64,000 nt of DNA from Ascidiella aspersa (Eukaryota), in the NCBI GenBank assembly GCA_963924565.1, contig OZ004607.1:30442001-30506000 (forward strand). The letters run 5' to 3'. Position 1 is the stretch's first letter. Each line of letters begins with the position of its first letter. A program made the position numbers and the translations under genes. Below, piece after piece: positions 11,392-24,128 of the stretch. A model generated the notes under the pieces. That model had not been told where the DNA came from. It did not search any database and worked only from the letters and a program-made list of their open reading frames with translations.

Positions 11392-14300
11392 CTCAACTGT
11401 GTGTTAAAAACACTAAATACATATCATTTTAACCTAAGCCCTAATCTAAACTTTCCAAATCCCCGGCACCCGTCGGCCCGTCACCAATTCGGCGAGAACC
11501 CTCCCGGCGACGATCAAGCCGCTCAACTAATCCCGATCGCGCGAACGGCTTTCACGGCGCGAGCGATTACAAATCCCCCATCCGCCCTTAAACAAGCCGC
11601 GGCTGTCCGAATGGCCGACCGACCCGGCAATCTAGCGTTAAGTCTCTTTGGCTATATTGACGCTAAAACAACTTTCCCGTAACCGCTCACGGCGCCTTGT
11701 ACAAGTGCTGATTAACCGCTGGGAAATTCGGCCGCGATGACGCGTCATCCTATGGGGGCTACGGGTGAGGGGCTTAGCCCCACCTTTTTACCCCGTTTGG
11801 TGGGACCGCTGTTGGTTCGAAGCAGACTGTATTTTAGACAGGCCGGTGTAGGTCCGTTGGGAGAATTAGGCTTTAGTACGTAATTGGTGCCGCTAACCGG
11901 ATTAGTACATACATCGTTATCCTTACCATTTTACATAATTGAAAAGAAAAATAAATTAAGGCCTTTTGTGATCAGTTCAAAAAAACGGTTTTGGCAACTT
12001 CCTTAAAACATTAGAAACGCGTTTCAGCTAGTAATTTTTATCGCCCTTTTGCCGAAATACGACGGCAAAGCGTTGACAATAGTGACAAAAACAAACCGCC
12101 GAATGATAACACTGAAACAACAACACAATTCTACAAAACAAAACAAAAACACAATTTTAAAAATACATTCATCGCATCGTTTTATTAAAAATTAGTTTTA
12201 AAAAATACGCTACCTTTACTGCTGTATCATATTCATAGGCATAGCTAACGCTTATGTACACGCATCATACGATGGCAACGTACACAGCAGCTTTCGCACT
12301 GTCTTATCGGCTAAACACAATCACCTGATCGCAGATATAGATAGCAGGAAGTCTAAAGGGAACCGAAGGATAAACGCAATCCTTCTTAGATCGCAATACC
12401 CGACAAAACTTGTAAAACGCCCGCCCACTTGCGAACGTACTGTTCGCTTCGACGAGTCTTTTCGAAATGCTCCGTCAAGCAGTCGCGTTTTATTTGCGCT
12501 CACCTGACAATAAAGGTGCGTTCGTTTTTCGAGGGCAAATAAAAAAAAACGCGGTTAAACATTAACCAGCGGGTCGTGGACCCTTTGTGTTGCGATCTCG
12601 CGTTGGCCCGCCCAGCAATAAATCGCCTTTTAATTTTACCCCGCTGTCCGTTTTCGAGACTGTCCGAACGAAACAAGGAATGGCGACGCTGATTTATGCG
12701 AAGGTCCGGTGTCCAAGAAGCTAAAAAGCGCCTTAACGGAATGACTGTACCCCAGCGACCGCGCCAATAGACAAACATGGCTTCCCACGCCAGCCTAAAA
12801 GCTGGGTTTCCTCGACGTGTGTAAGCTGGATCTTTTAGTTTTGTAATCACTCTGGGCCGCTTTCGCCAATGTACACATTACGCGCGAGCCGGGTACCGAA
12901 GACAAGAGCACGTATATAGGTTGCTGGCGTGTCGGCGGCGGTTGTGCTAAATTAACAGCTCGAACGACTTTACGATGATGATGGTGTGCGAGTCACCACT
13001 CCGGTGCTGACAGAGCCTCTTTGTTGAGTGAGGAGCGCAAGCCTTTTTTGTTAACTTGCATGGAACCAGTAAAGCGGATTACTCGGCTTTTTGTATGGAA
13101 CAGACGCCATGATAAAAGCAAACATGCCTTTCCATTGATGTATAATATATAAACTAGAATGGATTTGTCAATAATTGCCATTTAGTCAAAATTAAAAAAA
13201 ATTTGGAACATTTTTAACGGAAGATAATCCCATATTTCATTTAAAACGTCGAGAAATGTCTAAAAGTCGCCTTGAATGTTGTCTTCACTGTTGGTCAAAA
13301 ACACCAAATCCGCAAGGGTTTGAGCCGCGATGCAAGCAAAGTAACCCAGTCCCCGTAAATTACAACTTTCGGGCATCACTTAACGCTCTAGGCGCGATCT
13401 GGTAACACCGAACAGTCGCCACATCGGAACCAACACAGTGCGATAGGAACCTCTAGTATAGGCCGAGGCACGCTCGCATGGGCCAAGTTCGATTACAACG
13501 ACAGCGCCGGTTCTATTTCCCGTGACCGGATAACGTGTCTTTTGAAGCGCATTTGCTTCGTTCAGCCCAGGTGCCGACCCGCAATCCCCGTCGGATTTGT
13601 TCAAGGTTTCTCGAAGATTGGGCTGAGTGTTTTAAGTTCGCTGGATTTGTAAACTTAATTACTGTTCATAACAGAACAATTACAACGTATAACTGTAAAT
13701 CGCCAATGGTAAAATCAGCACTATATACGACCCCGATATAATATAAGGTAAGGTTAAAATCGAACGTTTCGTCACGCAGGTTTATTTGATGAGGCAAAAT
13801 GCACCTTAAACGAAAGTAGCGCTATGTAAATATTACCCAGAACCGTTCTAGTTTCAATTCTGGTAATTGCAAGAAAAAAACTAACGCTGAATCACATGAA
13901 ATCCAGTCAAAATATCTTTCACATCAATTCAAAACGTTTCATTTTCATCTGCTGTTATCATTAAACTAAAACTGCCTAATAGGTGTATTAATTTACACTT
14001 TTGCGACCTAATAGTGTTTACCAAGCTAAAGTAAACAGACAACAAGAGTATGGTTGGACTCTAGCACCAAGTTTTTGCAGTTAATATTTCACAAAGCAAC
14101 ATGTAACCAAGTGAACCTCGCTTACAGCAATGTCTTTATTTGTTTACGTTAAAAACCAATTGTTACATCACACAATTTTGTGATTGTTTTACCTGCTAAC
14201 AATGAGAAGGCAAAGTGGCAACTAACATCACGCCACTGAGAAATTAAAAAAAAAATCATGGATTTTCTAAATTATTTTAAGTGGTTAATGTCAAATTGAC

Positions 14301-17300
14301 TGGATTTATCATTTATTGTTTTGCTAAATACTAAATCATCGAAAAGGCTGCTATATAATAATCAAAGTAGACAAAATTAAAATTATACGAACGGTATTTT
14401 ATGCCTTTCCAATGCGGAATAGCAAAATGGCTCTTTTGGCCAAGAGCACGCATTTGTAATATCGATTCAGACACACATTTTTGTCAGTATATACATAGTT
14501 GCCCATTTTAAGGAGCAGCATTAAGCCTAATCAAAGATTCCTGCTGAGTAAAACAGCGAGCCCGCCAACTGGTCAGTTGCCTATAGTGGCAGGTGGCAGA
14601 AGTAGGAGCGAGATGTACCCCTTCGGTTAAGCCGCGCGAATCACTGGATTAGACGGTGGATCGCTTACAACACAAATAACCCTGATCTTAGTTAATCCAC
14701 GGCGCGTACGACTGGGATACACGAAACTGAATCGATTGCTTTGGAATGATACCAGATTTGGAATTCAAATGGAATCCGTTTAAGAGTATTTAACGTGTTC
14801 GGTTCGTTGTTAAATACATTTCGATATGGATTATAATCAAATAATGCTTGGCCAGCAAGTGAATCACAATGGTTAGGAAACAAAATATCCTGATGAAATT
14901 AGGGTCGGTTGCGTATAGCTGGTGTGCAATCATTTACTAACGCTGCCATTTTTGTTTGTTTTGCTTCTATATGTTTGTTTCAAAAGATAGACAATATTTC
15001 AGTGGTTTATATAGTTAGGATTTCTTTAAGTTTAAAAGCGATCTTAACAAAATTACTATTCCAGCAATCGTTATAGGCTAACAATCCGCGTTTTCTTTAA
15101 AAAAAACCTGGCCAGTTTTACCTTAGCGGTCAAATGCGGAAAGTGCGTGAGATCGGAAACAAGCCTGACTGGATTCGCGTACACTTCCCGTCTTCCCGCG
15201 TTTCCGATGATATTGCAGCAAAATTAGGAAGCGAATTGAGACGGGAATCGAGACGGTTGGCTGTTAATAGACAGCCACTTCAAATGCACCGGGCTGATGT
15301 GTTGCATATCTCTACCTCAGTTTGAAACAACCGAAATGTTAATGACGGCACCGCTTACTTCTCAACAAAATGTTATGTGATATGGACACTATGCTTTTGG
15401 TCATATAACTTGGTGAAGGCTCAGGAAAACCACAAAAGCGTGGCTAAAAAGTGTCCATGTACTAACTAGCCCAGCTTAGTAATCCAAGACGAGCTAAGCC
15501 GAAAAAAAGCGATTCAAGTGTTGCAAATTCATTCAATGGCCTTCCTAATTTGGTCTTACAATTACATCAGCTGAGAGAATAAACAGAAAACTCTATAAGC
15601 AAAATGACCATGAATCGAAAAAGCGTTTAAAACAGAAACCGTCGAAGCAAGGCGAGATAATCATAATCTTGTACTCCATTACATCCGGCGCGTTTTTAAA
15701 GGAACCGCAGTTCGTTTGGTTTTAAGTAACACCTCGCGCGACCCTTGGGTTTTAAGGGGTAACACCTGCTGGGGTCGAAAAGGGGTTGCACATATCCGGG
15801 TCATTAAAACACGGGTCCCCGGTCGCGCCCGGGCGGGTGTAGAAGTGGGTACAGGACCCAAGCAAGACAGTCCCCTTACCCATTGTCGCGGTGGGGTAAT
15901 TATCCGGGGCTACATAAGGGGTAAATACCTCGCCCCAAACGAAGCGGCGAGGTTCGCTCTGTGAAATACGATACTGCCCCAATTAAGTGGGTGCAGTGCG
16001 TCATCCTACTACGAGTTTAAGGGGGTTGATGACTATATGTACCCCTATCATAGGGTTATGCGCTTGGATGAAATTTCGTGCCTTTTCGTGTGTTTGTTCA
16101 ACGCTGATGCGATTAATGAATCGCCTGAGTTGTCTGAAGCGGTGAGAAAAGGGGCTTAATGTGACAACAGAGCTTTAAAAGGGAGTAAAGGGCCCATAGG
16201 GACCCAGTTACTGACAGGGTGAATCACTAGCTACCCGTCAGTGCCGTCAAGTCGACAGATTCGCGGATACAACTTAAAAGCCGCTGCTGCATATATTCAT
16301 AGAGCGGAATTCCCAAGTCTCGAAACCGGGCGACAACTGCGGAAATACTACTACAGTTACGTCACGACAAACGGGCGTTACGTAACTGCACGTGGCGCAC
16401 AATCGGAATAGACAATGCGCCTAATTGTAATTTAATCAAACCACTTGCAGCAGTGCAGTAAGTGCCTTTGGCCGTACGCGAGCCAACTGTAGTACAGATG
16501 GCGATTGCATACCGCAAGCGAGTGGTTCCTCGCTCGCCACACAAGCAGTACACTCCTGAAAGTGACAACCCAAGGGTCGGGTTCCCATCATTGCTCGTAT
16601 ACGTTGCAGACAACCGCGAAACACAACCGCGCAGACCGATTATTACGCACCTATCTATAGCTGATTTCGACGGTTGGAACATCGCTATATATACTTGGCA
16701 TTACGAAGCGACAAACCTGATGATTTTACAAAACTGTCTTTGGCAGCCAAAGCGGCGGCGACACACGTTTATAAATATGACACTAACTGGATAGCTTTCG
16801 AATTTCGTTTTACCACAAAAACAATGCCTGAGGAGTTCAAAACGACGAAAGTTTTTAAGTTGGTATTTTTATTAGGCTGGCCTGTAACTAAACATCAATA
16901 CTTTACATAATATATCTAACATATCCTTGAACACAGGTTTTCACTAAACTTGTTCTAAATCTAATCAAACCAAAAAAAAACAGTATGTTTTTCAGGCAGG
17001 TTGCGGTTTAATAATTTCCCCCGCCTTAGCCTTTTCCTGGCTGGGTCGAAATAATAAATTTACCCTGACGCTGTCTGTCGTCGCCAGGTGGAAAGACACG
17101 GACGCTTGACGCGGCCAATCGTACAGGAAGGGGCTCGTTTATCACAAAAGGAAAAGCAAGTCGATTTCGCGTCGTTAACTGACGGCCCGGCGTGAAAAAA
17201 TCATACCAAAGCGCAGTGCCGAAATTTAAGTTCATTTAGGTGGGAACATGGTTCCATTTTAAGCACGCAACATTTTCCGTATAATTTAGTTGCCATGGCC

Positions 17301-17633
17301 AATTTGTTCATTGTAAAATATTTTGGGCATTTTTGCAACGTAGAAAACAACAGCTGCTACTTCTAAGGTGGTCATTTAAAACGACTCAACACGGATTTTA
17401 AAGAATCCCTAAGATTCCTCATATCGCTTGCTACCTAAACTGTTGTTGGAACAGTTGATCTGCAATTTCCTGGACAGATTGCCTTTCAGATCTTGAAAGT
17501 ACCCAGCCAGCCGTGAACATCTCGAACGCTACAACAAATTTTCTTGAGCCACAAAATCACAAAGAGTAATTTATCGTGAGACGTATTTAACAAAACCTAC
17601 AACTTTGCGTAAATTCTAAAGCAAAATTATTTA

Positions 17634-17667
17634 TTTTCTGTTGTAGAAATTTTTCTGTTGTAGAAAT
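17634..17667. repeat. Perfect 17-bp tandem duplication TTTTCTGTTGTAGAAAT
   Basis: Copies at 17634-17650 and 17651-17667. Confidence 0.85.
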
Positions 17668-19388
17668 TCACTGAAAGCCAGATTATGGCGACAACTCCCT
17701 TCGTAAACCACGCTTTATACCTTTTCGAACTCTTGATAAAGTAAACTGCCAAAGCGAGCTACAGCATTTGCACTGCAAACAATGTCAGCGCACTTTCAAA
17801 CTCATGCGCCTTTTTCTCTGTTTTTCATATTCCTCGATACCAAGTACCGCACGTCTAACGGCCAAGACTGCGCACCAGCAGTTGGTCGCCGACCAAAAGA
17901 CCCTACTGGCTTTCAAAGAGAAGAAGGTAAGCGTAATTGCTCGCGTCGCAACGAGAGGACAGCAGAAACATGTCGGCTCGCCTTTCAATCCGGCACCAGG
18001 CACACTTCAGCCGCACTTGAATCCTAATTTATTTCGATCGAGTACGAGCGTGATCTTCCATTCGGCACTCAAATGTGACGACTTAAACTCGCCTATTTAC
18101 TAGTGTTGTGAATAGTCGCGATCCTAATATGGCCACTATGCGAATCCACTTGAACGATTAATTCTCCTTTATCCGAAAGACATTTCTTAAAATAATTAAT
18201 TTAAGGGCGGCTATATAAAAAGGCCTATAGGGTAAGAAGAAAAAAAACATACATTGTGCTTTTGTGTAATTATAGGACGGGTATCTTAATAAACAAAATT
18301 ATATATTTCTTACTTAATCCTATGTAAATTGCTACCACGATTAGATGGCGACTTAAAACGCTGAGCTATGTTGTGATTGACAAAAGAACCCAGGGGATGG
18401 TTGTAGTGCTTCCTTTGTAAATGTTTCAATAAAATGTAAAATAACATGGGCACGGATGCAGGCGTAACTAAACCCACGTTGTTGCCAAAACGACGAAAGT
18501 GGTTTGGGACGGGCAGGCGAGCGGAAAACAGCCGTGATTCGATTACCGGGACAGATAAGCTTTCTTCTACTTGAAACAAGTCGAAAAAAAAACGGTTGTC
18601 AATAGTTTGGAGTTGCATTAGAGCAATTAGGGCAAGGACGCAAGAAATCGGGGGCCTCGCATTTCTCCTGCCATAGATGCAATGATTAGAGCAGCCAAAC
18701 TTCTAAATGTTTGCACAGAAGGCGAGTTGACATCGAAAAGCGGATAATCCCTAATCCCAATCCGCTCCAAAATAATCGGATAGCATTTTAGGGGGGGGGG
18801 GACTGTTTAGCCGGGCGTTCAGGCAACCTGACCCCCATGGACTGGTTAACGCGGCGCGTTATCGCCCGTGCCACAAAGGCGCCCGATCGTGAGAAAGTGG
18901 CAACGGCAATAGGACGCTTCCTTGTACCAAGCAGCTCGCAAACCTAGCGCCTTGTGTCGGGTTAAGTGGCGTTCACAAAGCAGCGATTGTTAACCAGGGT
19001 TTACCGATCTATAGCGCTAGGCTCGGTTCCCGCCGCTACACAAAAGGCCCGTCGGGGGCTCGCGCGACTATTGGGTTGTGTGGTGCACGCGCGCACACAC
19101 ACGAATAGACACACAACAATCAAAAGTGAGATTTCGGCACCCCGTCCTACGTCGGCTGTACGGTTGGCAGCTTTAATTTTGCCAAGGCATCGCAGGCAAA
19201 TCTTGTGGGGTCTCGTAGGCTGGCTCTTTCACGGGCGGCGTGTTGAAATGAAAAGAGACGGGTGCTAACAACACATAGATATATGGTTATTTCAGCGCCC
19301 GACTCACAAGCTTTTGTTACATCGGGCCACGCACAATGCGAGATGTTTGTTTTGCTTTCCGGAGCGAAAAATCCGATCGCGCAATAAT

Positions 19389-20320
19389 TAGGGATGCTCA
19401 AAGTAGAATATCGAATCCTTGGATTCGAATCCAGATGGGATTCGGATCCAATTCTGCCGTTTATTTCGGGTAATTGGAACCGATATAATTCAATGTTTTA
19501 CCGCGGATTGTTGCGCCTAATTGTACAAACGCGTGTGGTAAGTTGCCCTGTCGCTGCGGCGACCAATTTACAGAGCTTGCTTTAAATGTAACCTGGTAGT
19601 GCAGTGTCAGCGTTTTTTCGGGCGACCAATTACCGCGTCTCGCGATAACGTTCGTCTAATAATTAAGTGTCAATCAAGCGTTATTGGGCGAGCGATCAAC
19701 GTGTAATGTCTGGTGTGGAGTGCGCAATTTCCCTAAAGCCGATAAGTTGCAAAAGTAATATTACGTTGTAAAACGTTCTGGCCGTCCACAAAATGCGCTA
19801 TAGGGTTACTTAAGGTCAACCTTAGGCCAATATTCAGCGAGGTTATGCAGTTATGCGCAGCGTAATTGTCAACAATTCGTTAAGTCAATAGTAACTTTGT
19901 ATTATTTGCAGTACATTATTTGACTGCATTACAGATCACGTTAGTTACAGATCATTGCTTAAGACTTCCGTGTGCAGTGTTGCATTGTACTCACTATTGG
20001 CAAAAATACAAGTTTTGGCAACAACCTGGACAGTTGACATATTACAGTTTACACAACTGCTTCAAATGACAGTTGTTAAGAATGTTAAACACATGGGAGA
20101 TTTTTTTTATTATATGTACACATGTTAGAAAATTGTTTGGGTGATTTATTGTTGTGATTTTAGGCCCTGTAGAGTAGATAAGATTAATCCCTTCCCCAAA
20201 CAAAATCGAGGATAAATAATTTAATAAAAATATACTAGGATTCGTTATTCTGGATTCGTTATTCTAGATTCGAAACCTATTATTCTAGAATACCTTGGGA
20301 TTCTACTTTGAACATCCCTA
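19389..20320. mobile_element. Non-autonomous hAT (Ac-like) element, 932 bp
   Basis: 21-bp TIRs TAGGGATG(C/T)TCAAAGTAGAAT, perfect 8-bp TSD GCAATAAT (19381-88 and 20321-28), and subterminal GGATTC/GAATCC repeats at both ends. Confidence 0.92.
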
Positions 20321-23300
20321 GCAATAATATTGAAACACCTTCAACAAAAGGTGCACTGCACTGCTTGACAATGCGAAAAAATAAACCCAAGAACCTTTTA
20401 AGCCGTACCTGTACAGCCTTCCATATGCTCCGTCGGCTGATATAATAACCCTAAACAAAATGTATTGTTTTTATAGAGTTTGTTGTTTGTTTTTTTGAAA
20501 ATTTCTTAAAAGAACGGCCGTGAACAACCATCCTGCTTTCTAGATGACATTGCAGGATAAAATCAACACTGCGCATATTTCAGGGCAATTTAGCATTTAG
20601 TGTGTAATGGAAAGCCCGACCAAAACCAACTTACTGGTGATTCGGGGATTTCGGTGTCGCCTCAATTAGTTAAAAACACGACCGCGAACCGCCGTTCATC
20701 GCCACTCCAAAGCTATTCACCTCAGTCGGAAAGGCGACGCTCTGCGCCATTTTCCAGGAAAAGAAAACACAGTCGACGAGCCCAGCTTAGTCCATTAGCT
20801 GCCTTGAAAGCAAAGAAGCACGCGTCTCGGAAGAAACTATACGTGTTTTTTTTTCTTATACCGGCTAATCGCAAAATTGCCCTTCAATTATCGTTCCACT
20901 TCGTCTCTAATATAACCCGACTTGTTTTCTGCATTAAAACGCGCGTGTAAGTCGCCACTGGGACAAAACGGCGACCGCATTAAAACCCGTGTCATCCGCC
21001 AACTTACCAAGTGCAGTAAAAACAACGAAATGTTATTGGAACGAGAGTGGTGTGTTTTAACGAATGGCACCTGCGATGTCGATCAGGGCACTTTAATTAA
21101 AACCTATGTTTTAAACGGTATAAATATGACCACTTTCCTAAAAAAGGGTGCTGCCTAAAATGCATAGTCATTCGCCAAAGTAATAATTAAAGTAAAAACA
21201 ACGAATGATAAAACGAGAAACATATTTTTAAATAATATGACCTATTATTTTAACCTAGATTCTTTAATTAGGGCACATGGTAATAAATATAGCTTAGCTT
21301 TCCGTTTTAAACTTAAGCTAGAATGTTAATATACGACCATACGCTTGTTTATAGGAGTAATGGCACACTTTTAATTTCGAGTCGAAATGATTAAAGCTAC
21401 AAGACAACCTAAAACGGATACCCCTATTAACGGTCGCCATAAAAAGTGAACCAGCTTCCTTAGGTGCATTTCGATCGATGTCGATGCATGACTGTACGTG
21501 AGGAAGCAGCAAACGCCCATACGCCCCCGCAAATATCGCTAGCCCTGTCGTCTTCCCAAATTAAGGCGATGAACAGTGGCGAAAACAACAGCTCATCTTT
21601 TCCGAGTGACCCGAGCGGATAAAGCATCCATCTTTGGACGGTTAAAGGCCCATCAGGAATCCCCAAGGCTTTCGACGAAGGCCAATCGATAGCGGCTTGT
21701 CGACTTAGCGCGGCGATTACGATCGTCCGCCATGCTAACTGTAGAGTGTGGTGGACGGAGCTACGAAGGCTTGCCTTCAGGTAAAGGTTCCGATCGCTAC
21801 GCTGATAACGCTTGCATTGATTGCGGTGACAGAATTTTAACAAAAATTAAAGATCGATATTTGAATAGATTCAAACCCTATAGAATCCCCGTTGCTGCGT
21901 TGTTTTTTAAATAAAAAACAGCCGGCGTTAATACTTAACCTGTTTGTTATTTTATAGTATTTTTGAAACGTTTCCGTGAGTGTTGATAGACACCAATGTT
22001 TAAAAAGATGACCTTTGAAATTCCGTTAAACTACGCTTTAAGCTTTAATACCGACAACATTTAAAACAGTTTCGTAAAAAAATTGTGTCCTGTATCTTCT
22101 GTTCAACGAGTCCCTTCAAAGCCCCGTGATTTCGTTCCCTGGGTACAGCACGTCTCAGCAGCAGGTTAATAACGACGCTTATGGCGCATTTCGTCGTGCA
22201 AAACGCAACAGGGAAAGACGAGAATCGATCGCGGTGATAAAGGGGAAGATTGATGTGGCGGGCAGCGCTTCATCTTGCTCGCTCGTCACGTTTTCTATGT
22301 GCGAATCACCACCTTCGGGGATTGGAATAAAGATCGGAATACCACCGGAGTATAGCTGACACGGTTTTGCCACGGTTAGATAATGGAGCAAAATTTGGTT
22401 TGTTTGGCCTATGCAAAAACTGATTTTGATTGATTTTACCGAAAAAGTGGTTGTATATATTTGACTCAACTGTCATATAATGGCGGCCGATTATAAATAC
22501 CACTTTTTTTAAAGCTTTTAAATAGTTTAAATTTAAAAAGGGTTAGGAGGCAAGTACCTAAAGAAAAAACGCACATTCTTCGTTAAACATTGGGTATGTT
22601 AGAAAAACAATAGTTAGGTCTTCTATGTTTGAGGTTCTGTGTAATCGGGCGAATAACTCATGGTCGACAGACAACAAAAACAAAAAATCGTCGGTCCAAA
22701 AAATTGACAAATAGCTTGTTTAAGAGGTGACTCATATACACACGACAATACACCCCTCTACGCGCCCCAAGGAAAATATAAACAAACAGGGATCCCGGAA
22801 AGCAAAAGGCTCCGATATCTCGAGTGCCTGTCAATTAGCCAAAGTGTAGGGTGTGAGCAAACCAAAATGAAACGCAGTCGCCTCCATCAAGCGGACTCGC
22901 TCCGTTGCCCGTTAATGCAGAAAGATATACGGGGACGCGGCGACTTTCACTCGGGCGCTTTGTTGTTGTGTCGCCCTGGCACCGGACGCAGCGGTGCCAA
23001 GGGGGCGGCCGACCCCGGGTAGGGCCACTTGCACCCTTGGCCAGTTTGGCCGGCCGCTCCGAAGCAGCCGGGCCCGTTTCTCGCGCTCTTTTACTTTAAG
23101 ATTAAAAATTAATGGCCCAAAAATTGAAAGCAAAAAAAAAAGTTCCTGATTTTCTTTAGAAACTACATATAAAATGCCGAGAGTTTGATAAAGCAAAGAT
23201 ATGAAAAGAAAGGGACCGAGCTTCGAACTTTTAACTATCTTACAAACTGGCCAATATAGGGCCGTCCTGTGTAGGGTCTGGAATGCGGCTTGGCAGAGAT

Positions 23301-24009
23301 CCCTTGGAAACGACCTATTAGCGACACACAGGCTGCCAACAACAACGACAAAGAAAGTGTCCGAGAGTGGGGTGGGTGGGGGCTAATAGGGGTGTGCGAA
23401 GAGGGGTCGTGTCGCGCTCACTTGGGTTTCTTTGCACTATAGTTGCCGGGGCCCCCTTTCGTGCGCACACTGCGTGAAGACGCGAAAAACCTTGTAAATC
23501 AAATTGATTGTGTCTTTGGAATTCAGCACTGTCGAGTTTTAATTTCGACCCTCTTCTTTTATTAGTTTGCGGCCGCGCCAGAAAAGAGTTTCAATTTCGG
23601 CAAAGACAGCGATGTCTGTAAAACATCTGTCGTGTTTATTACGAAACATCCAATTTTTTATGAAATTGTGGCTTGAGGTTGTTTTTAATTTTAAGGGCTT
23701 ATCGGCAAAATTAAACCTAACGCAACACATTTTATTTCCAAAATACAAAAACTCGTCTCAGTAAATTTACCGCTTCCTGTATTTAACCGAAAAAAAAATG
23801 CGCTAAGAAAAATACAGTAATTTCTCACAACCATGACCAAGTAAACAGCAGGCTGTAGCATTCTCATTGCACAGCACATATATAGCTGGTAAACGAAAAG
23901 GTGAAATCCTTTCGCCAGGCCGCCGCGAGACTACAGGGCTATTTGCGCGCATATACTGGAGACACGTCAAAAATGGGGGGTTGTTTGTTCTCGTAGAAAA
24001 CACTCCCAA

Positions 24010-24068
24010 GTCCTACTGCATACCTCCTCGTGGTGTCGGACGGAAACAGTTAGGCTGGCTAAATGCAG
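24010..24068 (+). ncRNA. Candidate HDV-like self-cleaving ribozyme in the LINE 5' UTR
   Basis: P2 (C)TGCAT/ATGCA(G); P3 ACC/GGT around L3 TCCTCGT; P1.1 CC/GG (24042-43); P4 CAG/CTG; J4/2 G-C24059-TAA; candidate P1 GTCCTAC/GTCGGAC (6 of 7 pairs). Confidence 0.65.
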
Positions 24069-24128
24069 GGGTCGGCAAGGAAAGGCAATGGCAAACCATC
24101 CTTGTAATTCTTTGCCTAGTCAACATGA

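Noticed and set aside
12211-12330. Alternative coding first exon ending at AAAG|gtagcg on the minus strand
   Set aside because: The ATGs checked there hit in-frame stops before the donor. It could only be a non-coding exon, and there is no support for that.
17844-17932. Exon-like + strand segment ending in AAG|gtaagc
   Set aside because: Good donor but a weak acceptor, no partner exons and no recognisable peptide.
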